Source of the DNA: an uncultured virus (IMG/VR IMGVR_UViG_3300021247_000307)
Taxonomy: Duplodnaviria > Heunggongvirae > Uroviricota > Caudoviricetes
Length of the DNA stretch: 37,640 nt
Direction: 5' to 3' (one strand)
Virus record (IMG/VR): IMGVR_UViG_3300021247_000307
Under the pieces are notes generated by a model, which made no database searches, had not been told where the DNA came from, and saw only the letters and a list, made by a program, of their open reading frames with translations. The position numbers and the translations under genes were made by a program. The stretch's first letter is position 1. Each line of letters starts with the position of its first letter. Shown in pieces: positions 1-7,590 of the stretch.

Positions 1-585
1 GAATTTACAGATGGTCAAGATTTAGATACAAGAACTAGAATAGTAACTCCAGATATAGGACAAGATACTACAGTAGAATATATAGGATATGGAGCTAATT
101 ATTGTAGTAGTGCTAATTATTCTACAAATGGAATTTATCCATTAGCTTCAGGAAATAATTATATACTTAAACATGCTTGTGATAATACAGGTCAAGGATT
201 TGAAGCTGTACTAATAAACTTAAATAATTTTACAGCAGCATATCCAGCTGAAAATAATATAACTATTGATTGTAGAGGATGGTGGTATAATACAGTAGGA
301 ACAAACCCTGTAAAACTTAATGTAACATTATGGAAAGCTGGTACTATAGTTCCACCTACATTTAACAATCCAGCATTAGATACACATTTTACATTTACTA
401 ATCCTACAGCTACAGGAACATTACAAATAAAATCATCAGGTTCTACAGTTCAAGGACCAAATGTAGGAAGTACTACAGCACCTAATAATAATGAAGCATA
501 TAGAATAGGTGTTATAAAATATAATTTATCAACTAATGTTGGAACAATAGATAATGCAGATGTTACAACACCAACAATAAACTAA
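1..585 (+). CDS. Partial (5'-truncated) ORF, probable virion/structural protein of unknown function
   Basis: Frame 1 reads open from base 1 (EFTDGQDLDTRTRIVTPDIG...DNTGQGFEAVLINL...CRGWWY...) to TAA at 583-585. Codon usage matches the neighbours. Absent from the ORF track because the start lies outside the window. Confidence 0.8.
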   Translation, partial: EFTDGQDLDTRTRIVTPDIGQDTTVEYIGYGANYCSSANYSTNGIYPLASGNNYILKHACDNTGQGFEAVLINLNNFTAAYPAENNITIDCRGWWYNTVGTNPVKLNVTLWKAGTIVPPTFNNPALDTHFTFTNPTATGTLQIKSSGSTVQGPNVGSTTAPNNNEAYRIGVIKYNLSTNVGTIDNADVTTPTIN

Positions 586-590
586 AATAA

Positions 591-2354
591 ATGATAGAAA
601 AACTAAATGACTTAACACACGATTGCATATTAACATTCGATTCTACGATTAGGTCTTATGATTTTCTATTAATTGCAGATGTACATTTTGATAGTGTAAG
701 TTGTGATAGAGAGTTATTAAAAAAACATCTTGATGAAGTAGTAGAACGAAATGCTAAAGTATTAATCTTTGGAGATTTCTTTGATATAATGGGTGGTAAG
801 TTTGATAAGAGAAGTAGTAAAGGAGATTTAAGACCTGAATATAATACATCTAATTACATAGATAATGTTGTAGATGATGCTATAGATTTCTTATCTCCCT
901 ACAAAGAATATATAATTTTTATTAGTCCTGGAAATCATGAACTAAGTATTCTTAGATATCATGAAACAGATGTTATAAAAAGATTAGCTAAAGCGTTAGA
1001 TGCTGAAGTTGGTACTTACGGTGGATGGTTAAGAATGAGATATTCTTTTAAAGATGCAGGAAATAGAGGTTCATATAAAATAGCTTATAATCATGGCTAT
1101 GGTGGTGGTGGACCAGTTACTAAAGATGTTATACAGACTAATAGAAAAGCTGTATATCTTCCTGATGCTGATATAGTTATTAGTGGACATTGTTTTGATA
1201 CTGAAACAGAAATATTAACTACTAATGGTTGGATTACTTATAATAATATTACATTAGATACAGAAGTTGCTACAATGAATTTAGATAACAAACTAATGGA
1301 ATATCAAAAAGTTAATTCAATTCATACTTATGATGATTATACAGAACTTCAACATGTAAAATGTAAAGGAATTGATATAATGACTACAGATAAACATGGA
1401 ATGATTTATAAATCTTATAGACATGGTACTATACATAAGTGTGAAATGTCTGAATTTATAACTAAAAAAGAAGTAGAGATATTTAATTCTTGTGAAGGTT
1501 ATAATCAAACAACAGGTTTATTTGAAGATAAGTATTTATATTTAGCAGCATGGATTGTATCAGATGGTTCTATTACACAGAAAGCTATAAAATTTCATTT
1601 TAATAAAGAACGTAAAATTAATAGAGTAGAAGAATTATTAAATAAAGCTGATATAACTTATACTAAATCAATAAGTAAAAAAGGTAACACTAAATTGTAT
1701 ATTTCTGTAGAACAATCTACAAAGATATTAGAACATTTAGAATTAAAAGATAAGAACTTTTCTAAGTCATATTATTTACTAGATGCAAGACAATGTGATA
1801 TAGTATTAAATGAATATAGATATGCTGATGGGCATTCTACAGAAACACACGATTCTTATGTATTGTATGCTAAGAATGATATTAATTTGAATATACTACA
1901 ATCTATGTGTATTAAGACTAATAGAAAATCTACATTATATGATGAGTTAGAAAAAGGTAGATTGTTTAGATTAAATGTTAGTACTAAAAGTACTACTTTC
2001 ATGTCTAAAGTAAAACATGAAACTGTTGACTACAAAGGTAAAGTTTGGTGTGTTAATGTAGATAATGGTAGTCTTATAGTTAGAAGAAATGGTTGTGTAG
2101 CTGTAACACAAAACACTCACGACCGTTACATTTTTCCTATACCTAGAGAAAGATTTCTACAATCAGGAAAAATAGTACAAGATGAACAAATTCATTTAAA
2201 ACTAGGAAGTTATAAATATAGTTACAGTAAAGGAAATAGTTGGGAAAGACAAATGGGTCATCCACCAAAGAGTGACCCTGGAGTATGGATGACTATATAC
2301 TTAACAACTAAACATAATAGAGTAAAAAGAAAATTTGAACTAGCTGAAAACTAA
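591..2354 (+). CDS. Calcineurin-like metallophosphoesterase, intein-containing (about 279 aa after splicing)
   Basis: All five family motifs are present: DVH, GDFFD, GNHE, NHG, and GH/TH, the last split by the intein. Confidence 0.9.
   Translation: MIEKLNDLTHDCILTFDSTIRSYDFLLIADVHFDSVSCDRELLKKHLDEVVERNAKVLIFGDFFDIMGGKFDKRSSKGDLRPEYNTSNYIDNVVDDAIDFLSPYKEYIIFISPGNHELSILRYHETDVIKRLAKALDAEVGTYGGWLRMRYSFKDAGNRGSYKIAYNHGYGGGGPVTKDVIQTNRKAVYLPDADIVISGHCFDTETEILTTNGWITYNNITLDTEVATMNLDNKLMEYQKVNSIHTYDDYTELQHVKCKGIDIMTTDKHGMIYKSYRHGTIHKCEMSEFITKKEVEIFNSCEGYNQTTGLFEDKYLYLAAWIVSDGSITQKAIKFHFNKERKINRVEELLNKADITYTKSISKKGNTKLYISVEQSTKILEHLELKDKNFSKSYYLLDARQCDIVLNEYRYADGHSTETHDSYVLYAKNDINLNILQSMCIKTNRKSTLYDELEKGRLFRLNVSTKSTTFMSKVKHETVDYKGKVWCVNVDNGSLIVRRNGCVAVTQNTHDRYIFPIPRERFLQSGKIVQDEQIHLKLGSYKYSYSKGNSWERQMGHPPKSDPGVWMTIYLTTKHNRVKRKFELAEN
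1191..2114 (+). mobile_element. Intein (308 aa) with LAGLIDADG-type homing endonuclease region
   Basis: Starts CFDTETEILTTNGW (block A); TDKH (block B TxxH); YLAAWIVSDGS and EYRYADGH (LAGLIDADG-like); YKGKVWCVNV (block F); ends VAVTQN before Thr+1. Removing it restores SGH-THD. Confidence 0.92.
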
Positions 2355-2357
2355 GAT

Positions 2358-3170
2358 ATGCTAAACTTGACAGGAAGAACAACTGGAAACAAACTTAACA
2401 TTGAACAACTAAACATGTTCAAGAGTATTACTTATTATGATGATACACATACTTATTATAATAATGATACAGAACTATTTACAAGTGTAACATCAGTAAT
2501 TAAAAAATATCAACATGACTTCAATGAAGAATACTGGGCTAAGTATAAAGTACTTCAGAATCAAGGATTACAAATTAAAACTGATAAGAGCAATAATGTT
2601 CCTAAAGGATTTTACTTACTTGATTCCCAATTAGTACACTATAAAGATTTAAATGTCGATATTAACACAATGGTCGAAAGCTGGAAAGCTGGTTCTGATA
2701 CAAGTAAAACAAAAGGAACGAAGTATCATAAGTATTTGGAGAATGCTTGGAACAACAAGTATGAAACCCACGACAGGATTGAAGTTCTGGATAATATCAT
2801 CAAAGTGCTATCATCCCAATACATACCCATAAAGTTAGAATGGGTAGTAGCAGATTTTGATAGTAGAATTGCTGGACAATTAGATGGATTCTTTTATGAT
2901 ATTAAGAATGAAAAGTATGTTATACTAGATTATAAAACAGATAAAGAAATAAAATATTTTAATAGATTTGAAACTTTTATGCCACCATTAGAATTTTTAA
3001 GTGATTGTAATTACAATAAATATACATTACAACTAAATATGTATAAGCATTGTATAGAAAAATACTTAGATATTACTATTGGTAGTATGATTATAGTATG
3101 GATTAAACCTGATGGATTTGAATTAATTAATATTCCTGAATCTCAGGATTTAGTAAAAATGATATTATGA
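2358..3170 (+). CDS. PD-(D/E)XK nuclease, RecB/Cas4-like exonuclease family
   Basis: Motifs SVTSVI, GTKYHKYLE, LEWVV, AGQLDG, ILDYKT and YTLQLNMY (QxxxY). Confidence 0.88.
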   Translation: MLNLTGRTTGNKLNIEQLNMFKSITYYDDTHTYYNNDTELFTSVTSVIKKYQHDFNEEYWAKYKVLQNQGLQIKTDKSNNVPKGFYLLDSQLVHYKDLNVDINTMVESWKAGSDTSKTKGTKYHKYLENAWNNKYETHDRIEVLDNIIKVLSSQYIPIKLEWVVADFDSRIAGQLDGFFYDIKNEKYVILDYKTDKEIKYFNRFETFMPPLEFLSDCNYNKYTLQLNMYKHCIEKYLDITIGSMIIVWIKPDGFELINIPESQDLVKMIL

Positions 3171-3817
3171 AAATAGCTGAATTATTATCTACTATTCGTG
3201 TAACTATTAAAGAAATAACAGACGACAGTAAATATACTGATAGTTATTTATGGTCATTAATTGTACAAGCTAGAGCTACAGTATTAGGTAATAATATTAA
3301 AGGTAAATCATTTATATCAAGTTGGTCTAGTCATAGATTCTGTATAGAATTAGAATTAGTTAAAGCTGAAGATTGTTCTTGTATTCCTGATAATAGTTGT
3401 AAAGTATTAAGAAGTAAATATAAAATACCTAGACCATTAATAGGTAGATATAGAGATGCTATGCAAGTTAAGTTATTAGATGGAAGATTATTAGGAATGA
3501 TAGAACAATATCAACTAAAATCAGATTCACTAGACCCAATAAAAGGAGAAGCATTAAGATACTCAATCATTAATCAATACTTATACTTATGGAGAAGTAA
3601 AACTTTAAAGTGTATTTATGTTGATGGTATATGGGAGAATATATTAGATTGGCAAGATATACAATCACAAGAAGATTGTAATGATATTTATGAAATAGAA
3701 AGTGGTATTGGACAAAATGAAGTTACTGGAATAATGCAGATAATGGCTACACTATTACAATTACCACTATCAAGAAAAGATGATGACAGCGATGACAGAA
3801 ACCCAGAAATACGATAA
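3167..3817 (+). CDS. Probable tail ring / tail-tube protein (crAss-like)
   Basis: 216 aa, ATGA overlap with the upstream gene. N-terminal helices (DDSKYTDSYLWSLIVQARATVL) and CSC...CKVLRSKYKIPRP resemble crAss-like ring proteins as I recall them. Position upstream of the IHF-like and muzzle genes fits. Confidence 0.6.
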   Translation: MKIAELLSTIRVTIKEITDDSKYTDSYLWSLIVQARATVLGNNIKGKSFISSWSSHRFCIELELVKAEDCSCIPDNSCKVLRSKYKIPRPLIGRYRDAMQVKLLDGRLLGMIEQYQLKSDSLDPIKGEALRYSIINQYLYLWRSKTLKCIYVDGIWENILDWQDIQSQEDCNDIYEIESGIGQNEVTGIMQIMATLLQLPLSRKDDDSDDRNPEIR

Positions 3818-4364
3818 GATTTATACAGATAGTAATGAGAAAATGACACTTCTACATTTTTATAAGGAATATCCTTATAAGAAAAGAAAGTGTGCTACAT
3901 GTTTACCTTATGTTAGTATTGAGGATGATAGCAAACATGATTATTCATTAACTTATTCTGAATGGAAGAAAATAATTTTATCATACTTCAAACATATTTT
4001 ATTATATTTGCTAAATGGTTATACATATTACTTTCATTCAGGTATGGGAGAAATAAGAATACTAAGAAAAAAGATAATAAAAAAGAAAGTTGATATAGGT
4101 AGAACTATATTACACTTTATGAAAAGAAGTAGTAAAACTAGAGATGAAGCTATTGAAGAACTAAAGGGTACAAAAGAACGTTTATATTATTTTAATCCTG
4201 AATTAAGTGGTTATAAATGGAGAGTTGTATGGTTTAGAAAAGGATACAATGTAAAGTATTTAAACTTATGGGGATTTATGTTACAAAGACAAAGTGCTTA
4301 TAAGTTTGTTAATGAGTATCTTAAAAAGAATCCAGATACTCTATTTAAATTATCAGAAAAATGA
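3780..4364 (+). CDS. IHF/HU-like DNA-binding protein typical of crAss-like tail modules (true start may be 3792)
   Basis: Basic protein; IILSYFKHILLYLLNGYTYYFHSGMGEIRILRKK fits the HU/IHF helix-strand-G-strand pattern; syntenic position before the tail-stabilisation gene. Confidence 0.6.
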   Translation: MMTAMTETQKYDKIYTDSNEKMTLLHFYKEYPYKKRKCATCLPYVSIEDDSKHDYSLTYSEWKKIILSYFKHILLYLLNGYTYYFHSGMGEIRILRKKIIKKKVDIGRTILHFMKRSSKTRDEAIEELKGTKERLYYFNPELSGYKWRVVWFRKGYNVKYLNLWGFMLQRQSAYKFVNEYLKKNPDTLFKLSEK

Positions 4365-6667
4365 GTGTAGAGTCAAGACCAAATAAGTTAACTAAAGGAT
4401 TAGTATTAGATACTTTCCATACTGATGTTGATAACACAGTAGCTACTTATGCTTTGAACGCACAATTAGAAGACCAAGAAGGTAATCACTTTCACTATGG
4501 CTCTGAAGTTGGTACTACATTTATAAAAGATATTCCTGATAATCATGTTGTTATTGGACATATCAACATGGAAAGAAATGAAACTGTATTATTTACTACA
4601 GATGGAACTAATAGTACTATAGGTGTATTATCAAGAAATGATGATATGTCTTATCATTATGAAATAAAAGTAGATGATAGTAAACAAACTAAAAAGTTAG
4701 GATTTAAAAAAGAAGGATACGTTAGAGGTGTTTATAGATTATTAAATGGTTGTGATAAAGTAATATATTTTGTAGATGGAATAAATAAAGATAGAAGAAT
4801 TAATATTAATCAATTAGATAGTTACAAGTTACCTGATACACAATCAGTAGCTTCAGGAATTATATTTGATGATAGTTTACGAGCTACAATATATGCTCTA
4901 TCATCTGCAACAGGAAATATTCAATTAATAAGATTACTGTCTGCAAGTCCTGAAGCTACTGCTAGTGTATTAGCTAATTTAACATCTGGACAAACATTAA
5001 TTAAACTATTAGAAGTATCAGCAAATGGTATAGGTACTGCATTTGCTAATTTGATGAGAACAGCTAATATAATTTCATTAACAAATGCTACAGGAATAAG
5101 TACAGTAAATGTTGATATTATAAAATTACTACAAACTAATGTTTCTGCAATAGGAAGTGTTAATGCTATACTAGAATCAACACAACAAGGTACTGTTGAA
5201 ATAAATGTAACACTTACAGGTATTGCATCATCAACAGCAATATTATTAAGAACTGCATTATTAGAAGTTAATCTTACAACAGAAGCATCTACAATAGCTA
5301 CTGCTATTCTTACAAAAGTAATTAACGCACAAGTTGAAGCATCATCTAATACAACAGTATCAGCACAAATAACAATACCAATAAGTGCTACAGTTAATGC
5401 AGTAGCAAATACAACAGTTAATGCAATACTTAGTTCTGTTATAAATGCTACAGTAAATGCTACAGCTGATACTTCAGCTACTGCACAATTATCTAAAGTA
5501 ATAAATACATCAGTTAATGCACTAGCTGATAGTTCTTCTGAAGTATTAATTGGAGTAGTTCTTATATCTACAAATATAGCTTCAGCTTCAACAAGTACTG
5601 TTAATTTAATTATAGGTAATTCACTTATATCAAGTGTAACAGCAAAAGGTACTACAACTGTTGAATTAATTATAGCAGAATTGTTATCAAGTACAATGAC
5701 TGCATCAGCTAATACTACTGCTAATTTATTAATTAGTGAATTACTATCATCAACAGTTAATGGTTTAGCAACACCTACATCTAGTCTTACAGTTGCAGAT
5801 GTATTAACTACAAATGTAAACGCATCGGCAACGGTGAGCGCAACTTTGACAAGTGCAGCGGCTACTGTATCAGTTGATTACCTTGTAGTTGCTGGTGGTG
5901 GTGGAAGTGGTAGTTCAAGAGGAGGAGGAGGAGGAGCTGGTGGTTTACTTACAAATGTTGGAGGTACATTATTAACTTTAAATAAAGGCACAACATATAC
6001 AGTAACTGTCGCAAATGGTGGGGTTGGTGCTGCAAGTTTATCTACTCAGGGAGGTGATGGTGGTAACTCAATAATTAGCGGGACAGGTTTAACTACCATA
6101 ACTGCTACAGGCGGTGGTGGTGGAGGTTTTGCTAATTCAAATGGTAGACCAGGAGGAAGTGGCGGTGGTGCGCAGGGAACTGGTTCAACTGGTGGAGCTG
6201 CTTCACCTTCAGGGCAAGGTAATAAAGGTGGTGACGTTGTTTTAGGTTCAGCAACAGCTAATTATATAGCTGGTGGCGGTGGTGGTGCTGGTGCGGTAGG
6301 ATTTAATGGTCAAGAATTAGGCACTCCAACAAATATTGGAAATGGTGGTATTGGATTACAAAATACTATTACAGAGATAACTCCAACTCCTTATTACGCT
6401 GGTGGTGGTGCAGGTGGTAGTGCTTTTTCTTTTGCAACAGTTGGAGGTCTTGGTGGTGGTGGTAATTTTAATACAGCTGGTACTGATAATTTAGGTGGTG
6501 GCGGTGGAGGTGGAAATAGTTTTTCTCTTGGTAAAAATGGTGGTAAAGGCGTTGTAATTATACGTTCAAAAATATTAGCAATATCTACATCACCAACTAT
6601 AACACCAACAACATCAGGTATTTATTATATATATACATTTAATAATGATGGTTCAATAACTTTTTAA
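4361..6667 (+). CDS. Chimeric protein: muzzle/tail-stabilisation N-terminus (aa 1-~159), 20-aa A/S/T repeat shaft, glycine-rich tip domain
   Basis: N-terminus (KGLVLD...YALNA...VIGH...VLF...IYFVDGINKDRRINI) matches the recalled start of crAss-like P22 gp10-type proteins. Composition switches abruptly after ~4837. Gly-rich domain runs from VDYLVVAGGGG to GKGVVIIR...YTFNNDGSITF. Confidence 0.75.
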   Translation: MSVESRPNKLTKGLVLDTFHTDVDNTVATYALNAQLEDQEGNHFHYGSEVGTTFIKDIPDNHVVIGHINMERNETVLFTTDGTNSTIGVLSRNDDMSYHYEIKVDDSKQTKKLGFKKEGYVRGVYRLLNGCDKVIYFVDGINKDRRININQLDSYKLPDTQSVASGIIFDDSLRATIYALSSATGNIQLIRLLSASPEATASVLANLTSGQTLIKLLEVSANGIGTAFANLMRTANIISLTNATGISTVNVDIIKLLQTNVSAIGSVNAILESTQQGTVEINVTLTGIASSTAILLRTALLEVNLTTEASTIATAILTKVINAQVEASSNTTVSAQITIPISATVNAVANTTVNAILSSVINATVNATADTSATAQLSKVINTSVNALADSSSEVLIGVVLISTNIASASTSTVNLIIGNSLISSVTAKGTTTVELIIAELLSSTMTASANTTANLLISELLSSTVNGLATPTSSLTVADVLTTNVNASATVSATLTSAAATVSVDYLVVAGGGGSGSSRGGGGGAGGLLTNVGGTLLTLNKGTTYTVTVANGGVGAASLSTQGGDGGNSIISGTGLTTITATGGGGGGFANSNGRPGGSGGGAQGTGSTGGAASPSGQGNKGGDVVLGSATANYIAGGGGGAGAVGFNGQELGTPTNIGNGGIGLQNTITEITPTPYYAGGGAGGSAFSFATVGGLGGGGNFNTAGTDNLGGGGGGGNSFSLGKNGGKGVVIIRSKILAISTSPTITPTTSGIYYIYTFNNDGSITF
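4900..5860 (+). repeat. Degenerate ~20-aa (60-bp) tandem coding repeat
   Basis: Example units: SSVINATVNATADTSATAQL / IIAELLSSTMTASANTTANL / LISELLSSTVNGLATPTSSL / TVADVLTTNVNASATVSATL. Boundaries approximate. Confidence 0.8.
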
Positions 6668-6669
6668 AC

Positions 6670-7092
6670 ATGGGATATTTTTGTAAACTTGATGAAAATA
6701 ATTTTGTAATTGGAGTACATTCAGTTAGAAATGATGTATTTACAATAAATGATATTGAAAATGAAAATATTGCAGCAGATTTTTTAAATAATTTGCATAA
6801 TATTAATTATGTTTGGAAACAAACCTCTTATAACACGCATGGAGGAATCCATTACCAAGCAGACAACAACACACCTTCCATTGACCAAAGCAAGGCATTC
6901 CGCAAAAACTATGCTGGCATTGGCTATTATTACGATAGCATTCGCGACGCATTCATTCCACCAAAGCCTTTTCCCTCATGGACATTGAACGAGGACACTT
7001 GCTTATGGGATAGCCCTGTACCTTATCCAAGCGATGGCAAGATGTACACATGGAATGAAGATATTTTAAATTGGCAAGAAATAAATTTTTAA
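6670..7092 (+). CDS. Small phage protein usually found next to glycine-rich fibre domains (putative fibre accessory/chaperone)
   Basis: MGYFCKLDENNFV...WKQTSYN...FRKNYAGIGYYYD...DAFIPPKPFPSWTL...W.SPVPYP. I recognise this family from environmental phages; function is inferred. Confidence 0.7.
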   Translation: MGYFCKLDENNFVIGVHSVRNDVFTINDIENENIAADFLNNLHNINYVWKQTSYNTHGGIHYQADNNTPSIDQSKAFRKNYAGIGYYYDSIRDAFIPPKPFPSWTLNEDTCLWDSPVPYPSDGKMYTWNEDILNWQEINF

Positions 7093-7110
7093 CGTTAAAA
7101 ACTATAAATT

Positions 7111-7545
7111 ATGAGTGCTTTTAGTAATTATTTAGAACTTAAAATTGCCCAATGGGTAACAAATGCAGCAGCAATGGGTACTTCACCTGCTGGATTGTAC
7201 ATAGGATTATTTAGTACTGAACCTGGAGAAGCTGGTAATACTGGTACTGAAGTAACTTCTACATTAAGAGGTTCTGCTACAAGACCTACTATTACATTAA
7301 CTGCTGCTACTGATGGAAGTGGTGTTACTACTCTTCAAAACGCTGCTCAATTTGTTTTTACAAATCCAACAGCAGCAGGAGCAGCTACAGTTTCACATTT
7401 TGCTATATTTGATGCAGCTACTGGTAATACTCCTGGTACTACTAATATGTTGTTTAAAGGTGCAATAACTGGTGGAGCAAAAAGTGTAGCATCTGGTGAT
7501 GAAGTTAGATTTAATGCTAATCAGTTTGTTATTACTATTGATTAA
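7111..7545 (+). CDS. Small virion/tail-fibre-associated structural protein
   Basis: MSAFSNYLE...LYIGLFSTEPGEAG...HFAIFDAATG...MLFKG...KSVASGDEVRF pattern of a widespread phage structural family. Confidence 0.7.
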   Translation: MSAFSNYLELKIAQWVTNAAAMGTSPAGLYIGLFSTEPGEAGNTGTEVTSTLRGSATRPTITLTAATDGSGVTTLQNAAQFVFTNPTAAGAATVSHFAIFDAATGNTPGTTNMLFKGAITGGAKSVASGDEVRFNANQFVITID

Positions 7546-7550
7546 TTAAT

Positions 7551-7578
7551 GGGAGAGTAAACAATACTCTCCCTTTAT
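7551..7578 (+). terminator. Putative intrinsic terminator / RNA hairpin
   Basis: Perfect 9-bp stem GGGAGAGTA (7551-7559), loop AACAA, TACTCTCCC (7565-7573), then TTTAT. It lies in the 45-nt gap, the longest between genes in the window. The U-tract is short. Confidence 0.65.
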
Positions 7579-7590
7579 CAAAATTTAATT

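Noticed and set aside
2358..3170. Cas4 / CRISPR-Cas association of the nuclease
   Set aside because: No four-Cys Fe-S cluster pattern, no other cas genes and no array; it fits a stand-alone phage PD-(D/E)XK nuclease.
5866..7092. Diversity-generating retroelement target in the fibre tip
   Set aside because: No reverse transcriptase and no template/variable repeat pair differing at adenines was seen in this window.
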